A DNA stretch of 64,000 bases from Opitutales bacterium (GTDB taxonomy: Bacteria; Verrucomicrobiota; Verrucomicrobiia; Opitutales; JABSRG01), in NCBI GenBank assembly GCA_049599475.1, contig JBMYOQ010000002.1:95795-159794 (forward strand), written 5' to 3'. A model generated the notes under the pieces. The model searched no databases. It was not told where the DNA came from and worked only from the letters and a program-made list of their open reading frames with translations. The translations under genes were made by a program, and so were the position numbers. Positions within the stretch are counted from its first letter, which is position 1. Every line of letters begins with the position of its first letter. Of this stretch, positions 1 through 9,892 are shown one piece after another.

Positions 1-2
1 AA

Positions 3-608
3 TTCCCCGGCGACGGCGGATCTGGTGGTGACGGTGGATCCGGCGGTGGCGATGATGGATCTGGCGACGGCGGTAGCGGAGATACAACAGATACTGATGG
101 TGATGGTGTGATCGATTCTCTGGATGCGTTCCCTCTGTCTCCTTACTTCGGCGAAGGGCCGTATCAAGATTATCTCTTTAATGGAGGCTTTGAAGACCCT
201 CTAGCGGGCGGCTGGAATGTCCCAGGGGGTAATGGCGGGTTTGAGTCTGCGGAATACTATTCCGGGGCTTCTTCCTTTGCGGTAATTAATCCGGACGGCT
301 CCAAGATTGATTTGAATGGACAGAGGGCGTATTTCGTAGCACCGGCTACGGTTGTGAACTTCAGCGGATGGTATAAGGCAAGTATGCCATTTGCGGAAGG
401 TAAGGTGAGCCTGATCACCAAATTGATCGGGACTGAAAGTATCAATAAGACATTTAAATTAAACTACATCGATGGTGAATGGAATTACTTCAGCTTCGAT
501 GTATTGATGCCGACGGGTGAAGCAACACAGCTACGGAAATACAAGCTGAGAACACAAGAATCCGGATTGACAATCTGGTTCGATGATTTGTCTGTCGTCG
601 CCTACTAG
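3..608 (+). CDS. 3' part of a large secreted protein (partial at window start): Gly/Asp/Ser linker, DxDxDG repeat, C-terminal CBM4/9-like beta-sandwich
   Basis: Frame is open from base 3 (FPGDGGSGGDGGSGGG...DTDGDGVIDSLDAFPLSPYF). The segment 'PLSPYF..LFNGGFED...WFDDLSV' matches the CBM-like domain of the two G8 proteins. Stop at 608. Confidence 0.8.
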   Translation, partial: FPGDGGSGGDGGSGGGDDGSGDGGSGDTTDTDGDGVIDSLDAFPLSPYFGEGPYQDYLFNGGFEDPLAGGWNVPGGNGGFESAEYYSGASSFAVINPDGSKIDLNGQRAYFVAPATVVNFSGWYKASMPFAEGKVSLITKLIGTESINKTFKLNYIDGEWNYFSFDVLMPTGEATQLRKYKLRTQESGLTIWFDDLSVVAY

Positions 609-663
609 TTTCACGGCTGCTTGCAGAGTATTGATATAAGAAATACAAGATTGCCATACCAAG

Positions 664-690
664 CCTCCGTGGAAACACGGAGGTTTTTTT
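664..690 (+). terminator. Rho-independent terminator
   Basis: CCTCCGTG-GAAA-CACGGAGG (8-bp perfect stem, GAAA loop) followed by T7, 55 nt after the stop at 608. Confidence 0.85.
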
Positions 691-863
691 GTCCCTTGTG
701 AAAATTAAGGCGTCTGTGGCATGAACCTATTGGTGGGTTAACTTTCTCATGAGAAATGTGTCATATATAACAAGCGAAGTATATGGATGAGCGAAATAGG
801 TAGGATATAAGATTGGGCAAGCGAAGACTTCGCGAAAACTTCTCTACCCCCACTCTCAGTCAT

Positions 864-3800
864 ATGCACCTTGAACGCCCCCCCATCGTTCGTCCCTCAA
901 GCTGTCGTTCGGCATCTCTTGACTTAATCTCTCTCCACTCACTGTTCGCCTGGGTGCTCGCATTTTGCGTGGTCACGCAGGGCTTGAATGCGCAGAACGA
1001 AGTGCTTGGGCATCCGATGGTGCATAGTCTGTTCCCGGATGCGTTAGTTACGAAGCGCACCGTGCAAGGGGGAAATTGGTCGAATCCAGCAGTCTGGGAC
1101 GCCAATACATTGCCGACGGATGGCGATCGCATTGTCATCGAAGAAGGGCATGCCGTCGTAGTCGATTACGAGGTGCCTGAGGAGTTGATGACTCTGCACG
1201 TGAAGGGTGACCTATCGTTTAACAAGGATGTCCATACGCAACTGACAGTGGACACCATGCTGGTCGACTCAATGGGCAGCTTGACCATGGGGAAAGAGGG
1301 CGCTCCCATCAGCAGATCTGTCACCGCAAAGATCGTCATCAAAGACTATAATAATGAGGGGATCATTACGCAGTTAAATGAAGATGGCTCAGCGCCTATC
1401 GATTATGATCCTTATCAGGTCGGTCAGGGGCTGATTGCAAAAGGTCGTGTAGATATGGAGGGCGCGACGCGGGTCCATGGCGGGACCTTGAGCCAAGCTC
1501 CTTCGGCTTTGGATGATCGAATCTACCTCGACTTCAAAGCGAAAGACTGGGAGGTCGGCGACAAGATTGTGATTGCGGGCACGACACGAGACGGGCTGGG
1601 GGACGAAGTGCGTGAAGTCGCGAAGCTAAAGAATAGTAAGCGGACAATCGTTTTAGATAGGCCTTTGGAACTCGATCACCACCTGCCAACGCATTCTAAG
1701 GAAGGGCTAATACTGAAAGTCCATGTGATCAACCTTACGCGTAATGTATGGATTGAGACGGATGCATCAGGCCGAGATCCTTTTCCGGCAGAACCGGTAG
1801 ACGGTGTGATTCAATACAACCGCCGCGGTCATCTGATGTTTATGCACAACTCGGATGTCAGGCTGAAGCTTGCTGGGTTTTATGGCTTGGGTCGGTCGAA
1901 TAAGACAACAAGGGCCAAGGATACCTTTATAGACGAGGCCACTGGAGAAATTACTTTATTAGGGACTAACCCTCGTGGGCGATATGCAGTCCACTTTCAC
2001 ATGGCGGGATTCGATCGGACAATTGAGGTCACCGAATGTGCCGTGGATGGAAGCCCGGGTTGGGGGTTTGTAAACCACAGTAGCCGTGTCGACTTCTATC
2101 GCAACGTTGCCTACAATGCGCGGGGTGCCAGTTTTGTGACTGAAGCCGGGGATGAGCTTGGTTCATTTATTGAAAACATTTCGATTCGCAACGATGCCGA
2201 CGAGGATCAGTCAGGCAACGATCTGCGCTTCCAGAAGCGAAAGTTCAGCAGTGATCGAGCAGACGAAAATGAATTTGGGTTTGGCGGGCACGGGTTCTGG
2301 TATCAGGGCATAAATATCATAGCTAAGAGAAATGTAGCATCGGGCGCTGGGCGCGAAGCTATGTCGATATATCCTCTCCCGTTGCTTGGTCGCGTGTCCG
2401 ACACCATCCCGGTCGAAGAGGTGCGCGAGGAGAGTGCTCATTTACACGCTTCCGATGATGTGAGTATAACAGCTATGCCGGTCCTTAGTTTTGAGGACGA
2501 AATTGTGTATGGTTCGAATATCGCTTTGATGGTAGGGGAGCATCGGCCGGATTTTTACTCGCGCGTTAAAAACTTTGTAGGGTGGTCTGTGCAGATGGGG
2601 CTGAGTACCAACTACTCGGATTTCGTGAGCTACGAAGATATCACACTGATTGGAGATTTGGATGACCCGATGGGCTTGGGCGCGTTTGCACACCATGGAA
2701 CGGGAAATGTGGATTTTATCAATCCGCACATGGAAGGCTTTGCCCTGGGGCTGCAGATGCCGCGAGGCGGAAACAGTGAGTTGGGCTCTGAATTGAGTAA
2801 CCCTGAGGCGGCTCTAAAGCTGAGTTTTATAACGAATGGTTATTTTAATAATCTGATAAATTTGCATTTTCCATTGGTGCGAGCGCATACGCCGGTGAAA
2901 GTGGAAATTACAAACCCGACATTCGGGACGCTCGCTCCCGATGCCGTGTCGCGCGCTATTACGGCCTTGGGAGAAATCGATACGAATAACGACTTAAATA
3001 TCGACTCGAGTAACACGGATTCCAATGGATTTAAGAAGCTTAAAGAACTGGTGGATGGCGGAAGTATTACAAAGCAATATAATTACTTGCTCCATGATAC
3101 TTCTAAACCGGAAAATTCGGGAGGCACCACAGTCCATAAAAAGGATATTTTGAAGCCAGTTATATTTACTGTAGATTATGGCGAAGGTGGTAAGTATCAC
3201 CTGATGATGGAGGATATGCAGAATCCTCAGCATGTCCCGTATCAAGCTGATCTATACATTCCTGACGATTATGTCGAAGGGGATGAAATAGGAAAATGGG
3301 GCATTCCCATCGCTTATCTGGATAAGACGAATCGAGAAATTGCGACCTTGTTCCAGTCTGCAACGGATCCCGATAATCCATACCATAATCTATTTGGTAA
3401 GATGGATCATTATCCGATTGGGGCGCACGGAATCGGTGGCATGATGTTTCCTCCCGATTTTGAGCAAATAGATCGCTTTGAACCTTGGGATGATGGGTTC
3501 AATGTCGTTGCGGTGCGCATCGATGACTTGGAGGATTATAAGCTAGATCTTGTCGACCCCAACCTCCCCGTTTTATTATTTGATTTCGAATACGAAGGAA
3601 ATCGGCTAAAATACCGCCAAGACAAGCCTGCTGCTTGGAATGCCTTTCCGATGGAATACAAGTATGCGGATTTTAATGCATACTCGGGGACTGGAAAAGC
3701 CATGTTCCTCGATGGGAAAGGTGATGCTATTGACTACACGCTTCCCTATCGGCATGCGCATAAAACATTCAGTTGGATAGCCGATCTACGACCGCTTGAG

Positions 3801-5720
3801 ACCACGTCTGGAGTGATCTATGAGTGGTCTGCGGGGGATGCATTCTATCAAATCTCAATGGATGGGGGCGAGCTGCTAGCCAAGGTTCAGACTTCTTCAT
3901 CTGCGCCTGTTAAAGAAATAAGAGGGGGCTCCTTGACTGCGGGTCACTGGCACCAGATTGCCTTCAATTTGGAATATTCTTTGGGCCGCGTTTTCCTCTA
4001 CTTAGATGGTGTTCTAATCGGTTCTAGTGATGTAGATACCATTACTGTAATGGATCGTGGTATTGCCCGAATTGGGCGCGGTATCATCAATGATGATGTT
4101 TCAAACGCGTATCGAGGATTTGTCGACAATCTGCGTGTTCTTGAACGTTCTTTCACTGTTCTTGCACTTGAAGAATATTACAATGAAACCCGCATCCAAA
4201 CACCAGAGGAGTTCGATCCATCTCTTGCCGGTTTAGATGTCACGGATATCGATGTCGATGGCGATGACGTGCGCGATTTAGATGATGTGTTTCCTGCAAA
4301 TGAGGATGAAACGCTTGATAGCGACGGTGATGGCTGGGGGGATGCGTCAGACCCAGAGCCTTTCTTGGCATTCCTCGATTCCGATGGCGATCGTGTTCCT
4401 GACGCTTCAGACCCCTTTCCAAGCGATCCTACAGAGTGGAGTGATATCGATGGTGATTGGACGGGTGATTTTGATGACTCCGATGCCGATGGTGACGGTG
4501 TGCAGGATGTTGATGATGCCCTGCCATTCGACGCTACGGAACAGGTAGACACCGATGGTGATGGCGTCGGCGATAATTCTGATGCCTTCGTTCACGATCC
4601 GATGGAATGGCGCGATACCGACAAAGATGGTTATGGGGATAATATTGACGCGCTTGACCACAACCCTGACGAATGGAAAGACTCGGATAATGATGGCTGG
4701 GGCGATGGACAAGATAATCACATTTATTCCCCCGCGTTCGCATTAGAAGAGAATATTTTGCCCAACCCAGGCGCCGAGGATGGAGCTACCGATTGGAAAT
4801 TCTCTAACACCGGATCAAGCGCAACCATAAATCTAGATTTCAAGCGCTCGGGAAATGCCTCATTTATCCTAAATAATGTGGGGGATGGGACCGCGAGAAT
4901 GGAATCTACCGGATTGGAAGTCTCTAACCCGGCGGGACTTAAACGTGTTACCGCGAGTGGTTGGGTGCGATTGAATAAGATTGTCAAAAACAAAGAGGAT
5001 AAAGTCCGCATCGGTATCGATTTCATTGGTGGACGGGTCGAAGAGCGCATCATTCTTGTCGAAAATCGAGAATGGACAAACTTCTCGTTCGATTACTTTA
5101 GCGACGATTGGACCGGCATTGACCGATTTTTCATCTCAAATGATCTGGACAATCTTGTTGTTCATATCGACGACTTGAAGGTGAGCGTAAACAATGTTGA
5201 ATCAGACATAGATTCCGATGGTATCGATGACTATGCCGACAATGACGACGACGGAGATGGCTATTTGGACGGTGAAGATTGGTTCCCGAACAGTGCCTCG
5301 GAATGGGCGGACACGGACAATGACGGCACCGGAAATAATGAAGATACTGATGATGATGGTGATGACCTGCTGGATACCGAAGAAATCGCTGCAGGGCTCG
5401 ATCCGCTCGATGCGTTGGATGCCGATTTGGATTATGACCAAGATGGGCAGACAAATCGTCTAGAAGTTCGCGCAGGCACAGATATCTTCGACTCCATGTC
5501 ACGTTTCATTCTGTCGACAGTGAATGTCTTAGAAAATGGTGATGTCAGGCTCGAATGGGCGGGCGGAGATACGCAAAGCTTCTATATCGAATACTCCAAT
5601 GATCTGATGAACTGGTACGTGTTACCGGATTCGGTAGGTGTAACCGTGAGCGAAGGGTATACCGACATCAGTGTGGGAGGCGCAGCGGCTCGCTACTACC
5701 GTGTGGTGTTGAACGATTGA
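864..5720 (+). CDS. Large secreted G8-domain / parallel beta-helix protein with LamG-like domain, TSP3-like DxDxDG repeats, CBM-like domain and C-terminal tag module
   Basis: ORF 813-5720 (TTG); ATG 864 preferred. Signal peptide, G8 start 'GGNWSNPAVW..LPTDGDRIVI', 'GRYAVHFH', beta-helix-type repeats, LamG 'WHQIAF..LYLDG..FVDNLRV', DxDGDG repeats, ends RYYRVVLND. Confidence 0.85.
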   Translation: MHLERPPIVRPSSCRSASLDLISLHSLFAWVLAFCVVTQGLNAQNEVLGHPMVHSLFPDALVTKRTVQGGNWSNPAVWDANTLPTDGDRIVIEEGHAVVVDYEVPEELMTLHVKGDLSFNKDVHTQLTVDTMLVDSMGSLTMGKEGAPISRSVTAKIVIKDYNNEGIITQLNEDGSAPIDYDPYQVGQGLIAKGRVDMEGATRVHGGTLSQAPSALDDRIYLDFKAKDWEVGDKIVIAGTTRDGLGDEVREVAKLKNSKRTIVLDRPLELDHHLPTHSKEGLILKVHVINLTRNVWIETDASGRDPFPAEPVDGVIQYNRRGHLMFMHNSDVRLKLAGFYGLGRSNKTTRAKDTFIDEATGEITLLGTNPRGRYAVHFHMAGFDRTIEVTECAVDGSPGWGFVNHSSRVDFYRNVAYNARGASFVTEAGDELGSFIENISIRNDADEDQSGNDLRFQKRKFSSDRADENEFGFGGHGFWYQGINIIAKRNVASGAGREAMSIYPLPLLGRVSDTIPVEEVREESAHLHASDDVSITAMPVLSFEDEIVYGSNIALMVGEHRPDFYSRVKNFVGWSVQMGLSTNYSDFVSYEDITLIGDLDDPMGLGAFAHHGTGNVDFINPHMEGFALGLQMPRGGNSELGSELSNPEAALKLSFITNGYFNNLINLHFPLVRAHTPVKVEITNPTFGTLAPDAVSRAITALGEIDTNNDLNIDSSNTDSNGFKKLKELVDGGSITKQYNYLLHDTSKPENSGGTTVHKKDILKPVIFTVDYGEGGKYHLMMEDMQNPQHVPYQADLYIPDDYVEGDEIGKWGIPIAYLDKTNREIATLFQSATDPDNPYHNLFGKMDHYPIGAHGIGGMMFPPDFEQIDRFEPWDDGFNVVAVRIDDLEDYKLDLVDPNLPVLLFDFEYEGNRLKYRQDKPAAWNAFPMEYKYADFNAYSGTGKAMFLDGKGDAIDYTLPYRHAHKTFSWIADLRPLETTSGVIYEWSAGDAFYQISMDGGELLAKVQTSSSAPVKEIRGGSLTAGHWHQIAFNLEYSLGRVFLYLDGVLIGSSDVDTITVMDRGIARIGRGIINDDVSNAYRGFVDNLRVLERSFTVLALEEYYNETRIQTPEEFDPSLAGLDVTDIDVDGDDVRDLDDVFPANEDETLDSDGDGWGDASDPEPFLAFLDSDGDRVPDASDPFPSDPTEWSDIDGDWTGDFDDSDADGDGVQDVDDALPFDATEQVDTDGDGVGDNSDAFVHDPMEWRDTDKDGYGDNIDALDHNPDEWKDSDNDGWGDGQDNHIYSPAFALEENILPNPGAEDGATDWKFSNTGSSATINLDFKRSGNASFILNNVGDGTARMESTGLEVSNPAGLKRVTASGWVRLNKIVKNKEDKVRIGIDFIGGRVEERIILVENREWTNFSFDYFSDDWTGIDRFFISNDLDNLVVHIDDLKVSVNNVESDIDSDGIDDYADNDDDGDGYLDGEDWFPNSASEWADTDNDGTGNNEDTDDDGDDLLDTEEIAAGLDPLDALDADLDYDQDGQTNRLEVRAGTDIFDSMSRFILSTVNVLENGDVRLEWAGGDTQSFYIEYSNDLMNWYVLPDSVGVTVSEGYTDISVGGAAARYYRVVLND
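4250..4720 (+). repeat. Coding tandem TSP3-like Ca2+-binding repeats (DxDGDGxxDxxDxFPxDxxE)
   Basis: About 7-8 repeats visible in the translation of the 864-5720 ORF; equivalent array at ~19560-20040. Confidence 0.75.
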
Positions 5721-5793
5721 TAATCCTGCCTGTGTAATCGCTTTGCTTTCGAAACAATTATTCAGCTTTAGCTACCGAGTGCGCACATAACAC

Positions 5794-5957
5794 GTCCGCT
5801 CTGAGATCGGCCGCTACCGCAACGCGTCCGATCAATTTGTATTGGGAATTTGCCTAATAAATAGATTCAAGGTAGGGGCCGACCTCCGGGCGGCCATAAT
5901 TCAGCATCAGCTGCATAGGCTGGCGTGTCTGCGTCCGCTTTGCAATCGGTTGCTACC
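5794..5957. repeat. Cluster of three GTAG-type REP-like 25-nt palindromic units (-, +, -)
   Basis: 5794-5818(-) ggtagcggccgatctcagagcggac; 5871-5895(+) ggtaggggccgacctccgggcggcc; 5933-5957(-) ggtagcaaccgattgcaaagcggac. Lies between convergent genes. Confidence 0.65.
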
Positions 5958-6060
5958 TGAAGGATCAAGTATCGCTTAAGTACCGATATTGGAGCCTCTG
6001 AGAATACTCCCGGTGCGCAAGTTCGCAAGGGAGGCCCTTAACCCGTTTCCATGACCTTTC

Positions 6061-7578
6061 TCAATGAGACTTTTTCTTCTTCTTTTTCCCGCCCTTGATC
6101 TTTCCGTTGCCCGGTAATCCAGAGTCCTCCATGAGGACCTTTTGTTGGGTTTGCTTCAGCTTGCCCTCAAGTTGAGCTATAATGGTTTTGTATTCGGGGT
6201 TGTTGGCTAGGTTTCGCAGTTGCTCTGGGTCGGTTTGGCGGTCGTAGAGTTCTGGAGAATGGTTTGGGACGTGAAAATAGGTGTAGCGCTCAGTGCGTAT
6301 TCCATGGTGCGATGGTCCACTCCAATAGGCATACCATTGGGCATCCCGCCAATCATCAGGTGTTTCCCCTTTGAGGACGGGGACCATACTGCGACCTTGC
6401 ATGGCTTCCGGGATGGGGGCTCCAGCAAGGTCCAAAAGAGTGGGGGCGATGTCTACCAGTTCACACAAATCTGTATTGATGCTCCCTGGCTTTATTAGCT
6501 CTGGATAGCGTATCAGGAATGGGGTACGCATCGAAGATTCTAAAATGAGGCGTTTGTCAAAAAAACCGTGCTGGCCGAGCCAATATCCCTGGTCAGACAT
6601 GTAGACGATCACGGTATCGTCTAGGAGATTTTCCTTTTCTAAATATTCGAAAAGGCGGCGAATATTATCATCGTTGCCCCGGATGCAGCGGAGGTATTTT
6701 TTTGCGAGGTGCTGGTATGACACTCGGTGGCGGTCTTTCTGGTCATCTGGGTCGTGTGGGTTCAGTTTTGGCCCACCTTTTCCTTTTTTTGCTTTGTCAT
6801 AATAAGTCTCTCCGTCGCCGAGTGATAGGTGGCGATCAGTTTTGATCATCGTCTGTTTCAATACAGAGCCACTCGCCGCAATATCCTCATAGAGGGATGG
6901 AGGTTCTGGTATGTCCTCGTCTTTGAAGAGGTGTTTGTAGCGGTCTGCAGATTCGTAGGGAAAATGTGGGGCCTTGAATTGAAGGCTCAGTAGAAAGGGG
7001 CGGTCTTTATCGCGCTTATCGAGCCAATTGAGGGCTACGTCTGTATAGACATCGGTGCTGTATCCAGGAAGCTGGTGCGTGTATTTTTCGTATACTTGAT
7101 CGCCATCGACACCCTTGAAGGATGGATTCGTGTATTTGCCTTGGCCATTAACGATAAGAAATTTTTCGTAGCCCTTGGGCTCGCTTTCGATATGCCATTT
7201 GCCTACGAGCCAGGTTTGATATCCAGCCTTCCTCAGCTCCTCTGGATAGTGGGGAGCATGGTCATGAATCCCATGACTGTTGGTGCGGACCCCGTTAATA
7301 TGCCCATACTGCCCGGTTAATATGCTCGCGCGACTCGGGGAGCATATTGAGGTCGCTGTGGTCATGTTGTCGAAGCGCATGCCTTCATGCGCAATACGAT
7401 CAATATGGGGCGTCTGTGCGTAGTCTTTTAGATAGCTGTCGTATACTGAAATAGTCTCGAAGGCGTGGTCGTCGACGAGAACGATGAGCATATTGGGCTG
7501 TTTGGCGTGGAGTGCCCCGGCCAGTGCGCTGATAGCTGCGAGTCCGAGATATTTCAGGCGTTTGAGGTGATGAATCAT
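6061..7578 (-). CDS. Sulfatase (S1, Cys-type)
   Basis: Signal peptide, 'PNMLIVLVDD', CSPSRASILTG, GKWH, 'SDQG..GQHG..DKR'. Poly-Lys C-terminus. Confidence 0.95.
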   Translation of the reverse strand: MIHHLKRLKYLGLAAISALAGALHAKQPNMLIVLVDDHAFETISVYDSYLKDYAQTPHIDRIAHEGMRFDNMTTATSICSPSRASILTGQYGHINGVRTNSHGIHDHAPHYPEELRKAGYQTWLVGKWHIESEPKGYEKFLIVNGQGKYTNPSFKGVDGDQVYEKYTHQLPGYSTDVYTDVALNWLDKRDKDRPFLLSLQFKAPHFPYESADRYKHLFKDEDIPEPPSLYEDIAASGSVLKQTMIKTDRHLSLGDGETYYDKAKKGKGGPKLNPHDPDDQKDRHRVSYQHLAKKYLRCIRGNDDNIRRLFEYLEKENLLDDTVIVYMSDQGYWLGQHGFFDKRLILESSMRTPFLIRYPELIKPGSINTDLCELVDIAPTLLDLAGAPIPEAMQGRSMVPVLKGETPDDWRDAQWYAYWSGPSHHGIRTERYTYFHVPNHSPELYDRQTDPEQLRNLANNPEYKTIIAQLEGKLKQTQQKVLMEDSGLPGNGKIKGGKKKKKKSH

Positions 7579-7607
7579 TATGGTCGGTTAAGGCGCTTAA
7601 AACGTAA

Positions 7608-9662
7608 TTATTCGTCGACTACTATGCGTAGGAATTGATTGGGCTGCGAGTCGAAGTTGATATCTGAGCGTAGTTGAATATTTTCGGTGCCATCTCCATT
7701 GGCTGTGGCAGGCGCTATTTGAGTCGTTTGCGCTGGAGACCAGGTCGCAAGGTTCGAAGAGGTCTCTATGTTGTAGAAAAAAGTATCCTCTGCATCGGTA
7801 CGATAGCTATATTGAATACTCGGAGCGTGTGCGTCGACTCCTGGAATAATCCCGAGGTTCTCATCGGGCGTATTCGGATCCAGGCCGAAATAATATTCGA
7901 GCTCATTACTCAGCTGGTCTTGATCCAGGTCATCTTTGCGCGGTTCATCTTCGATCCCGTAAGTGGAAGACCACGCTTCGTAAGGAGTCAAGGGGCGCGT
8001 CGCCAGAATGGCGACTTCTGCCGCGGAGAGGCTGCGGCCATAGATGCGGTAGTCGTCAATCTTTCCTCGATAGGAATTGGCGCCGCTTAACGAAGAGCCG
8101 ATAGTCCATGTGTTGATGCCGGACATACTGTGAGTGGCTCCGTTTTGCGTCTCCACGAGGGTTCCGTTTTTATACAACTTACTCTCTCCCGTGCTTGTGT
8201 TTGAGGTAAATGCCCAGTGCGTCCATTTATAAACGTCGGATGCGTTAGCGTGGTATAGAGTAGTGTTTCCGCTATCCCCACCCGCGGTGAATATGACTTG
8301 GTCATCGTTTTGTGGCAGAGTGATCTTAGTTACAGTCTGACCTCCGCTAGTTTCAGCTTCAGTGATTACAAAATCAGCGATTGCGCGCGTAATATCGCCA
8401 TAGCTCCAGAAGGTCACTGTAAGCTCTTGATCAACACTGGTCAGTGCAGCGCTGGGCACAGTGAGGCTTCCTGTGATTGTAGGGCCTCCGAAGTCCAAGG
8501 CCCCACCCATATATCCTTTGGACCACGATCCTCCTGTTAGGGTTGCATCCATCGCGTTTCCAGAGGCATCGGTGATGTTGGTTCCGGAATTTTCGTTGAA
8601 TTTATACCATACAAGTAAATCGCTAATAGATGGTTCTACTCGAATGGATACAGTGGATTTATATCCGTCGGTCTGGCCGTTGTTTGCTGTGAAGGTAAAG
8701 CTATCGTAGCCGGTAAACCCACTGGCTGGTTGGTAGGTAAATGAACCGTCCGCGTTTAAGGTGAATTGGGCTGCGTTACTTGGTCCCTTGACGAGAACTG
8801 CGCTCAGGGGTAGGCCGTTTTTGTCGAAGGCTGTGGAGAGCACGCCGGGTGCGGCTACCTGGGTCGATTCAGGATACTGAATGGCTACATATTGCTGGTC
8901 GAAGGTTGCGGGTTTGTTGTCATTTATCAGCTGGATAGCTTTCCGCGCAAAACGTTCTCCTAGCAAGGTGTAGTTGTTGTCGGGGCCTTCGTTGTAGTGC
9001 ACGCGATTTTCTAACTCCCCGTTGTTGATGACGTTATTTAAATCGTCGGTATTTACCCACTCGAAATAGTGGGAGTGCTCAGCCATGCTGGACTGAATTT
9101 TACGCACCTCGTCGACATAAAGATAGGTGTCCAGTTTTACGCCGATGTCGGTAATCCGACCAATCACAATATTGATGTGATCGATTCCCATATCGTTTTT
9201 CAGCTGGCCAACGAGAGTGTGGAATGCGTGGTCGTAGAACACATATTTCTCATTACGTGTATTCGCTTCGCCCTGCATCCATATGAAAGTCACCTCCGGG
9301 TCGTTGAGACTATTGTAGCCTTGAGTAGCGTCTTTCTGCAGCCAACCGCCATAAAGCGAATCTAGGCCCCCTGGCGCATCCATACTTTCGTAGGGCCAGG
9401 TCTCCAGCCAGTTAAAGATCGATTGACCGTTTTTTCCCCGGAGTTTGAAAACCTTATTCTGTCCGGGAAAGGCTTCCTGGATCATCGGTTTGAAGACAGA
9501 GTCATAGGCGCCGCTCTTGTCGAATCGAGCCATGTTGGATTGACCGGAGAGAAGGAAGAGGTGTTCGGCTTGTAAGTTACTACAGATGGGTGTGCTTATG
9601 AGTAAGCACGGCCAAAATGTACGCATACATCGAGCCATTCGGTAAAGTGCTGATTGGTGCAT
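7608..9662 (-). CDS. SGNH/SASA-type carbohydrate acetylesterase fused to Ig-like and LamG domains with C-terminal tag module
   Basis: 'LLSGQSNM', 'WMQGEAN', 'RVHY'; Big_9/VCBS-like 'LNADGSFTYQPASGFTGYDSFTF'; LamG 'LVWYKFNE..IDDYRIY'; ends QFLRIVVDE. Confidence 0.8.
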   Translation of the reverse strand: MHQSALYRMARCMRTFWPCLLISTPICSNLQAEHLFLLSGQSNMARFDKSGAYDSVFKPMIQEAFPGQNKVFKLRGKNGQSIFNWLETWPYESMDAPGGLDSLYGGWLQKDATQGYNSLNDPEVTFIWMQGEANTRNEKYVFYDHAFHTLVGQLKNDMGIDHINIVIGRITDIGVKLDTYLYVDEVRKIQSSMAEHSHYFEWVNTDDLNNVINNGELENRVHYNEGPDNNYTLLGERFARKAIQLINDNKPATFDQQYVAIQYPESTQVAAPGVLSTAFDKNGLPLSAVLVKGPSNAAQFTLNADGSFTYQPASGFTGYDSFTFTANNGQTDGYKSTVSIRVEPSISDLLVWYKFNENSGTNITDASGNAMDATLTGGSWSKGYMGGALDFGGPTITGSLTVPSAALTSVDQELTVTFWSYGDITRAIADFVITEAETSGGQTVTKITLPQNDDQVIFTAGGDSGNTTLYHANASDVYKWTHWAFTSNTSTGESKLYKNGTLVETQNGATHSMSGINTWTIGSSLSGANSYRGKIDDYRIYGRSLSAAEVAILATRPLTPYEAWSSTYGIEDEPRKDDLDQDQLSNELEYYFGLDPNTPDENLGIIPGVDAHAPSIQYSYRTDAEDTFFYNIETSSNLATWSPAQTTQIAPATANGDGTENIQLRSDINFDSQPNQFLRIVVDE

Positions 9663-9785
9663 AGGCGGGGGGAGATGGGGAGGGTAAGCTTAAAGTTTAT
9701 AAACAATACTTTAACAAAGTCCATTCGCTAAAAGGATGAGCTTTCAGAGGCAATTTGTGAGAATCGCCCCTGAAGCATACGTTAT

Positions 9786-9834
9786 TTTATAAAATACACT
9801 AAAAAACTCAGCTAAATTTAGTATACACAATAAA
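9786..9834. promoter_or_regulatory. Paired 18-bp operator-like sites (consensus TTTAGT-N6-A[CAG]TAAA, 31-bp spacing) in a divergent promoter
   Basis: TTTATAAAATACACTAAA (9786-9803) and TTTAGTATACACAATAAA (9817-9834). Same layout at 11710 and 27302. Confidence 0.6.
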
Positions 9835-9892
9835 CAAAGCATGGAGGACACTAGAACCCATCTACAACCCTCACTAGCCCCCGTTACTCTCT

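Noticed and set aside
3..110. GGC/GAT-rich stretch as a DNA tandem repeat element
   Set aside because: It is the coding sequence of a Gly/Asp/Ser linker with synonymous variation.
4250..4720. Asp/Gly repeats as RTX toxin repeats
   Set aside because: The pattern is DxDGDGxxDxxD (TSP3-like), not GGxGxDxUx; the proteins have Sec-type signals and no T1SS genes are in the window.
5430..5720. C-terminal module as PEP-CTERM or T9SS CTD
   Set aside because: No PEP motif, TM helix or basic tail, and the terminal motif differs from the T9SS pattern; reported instead as an unassigned tag.
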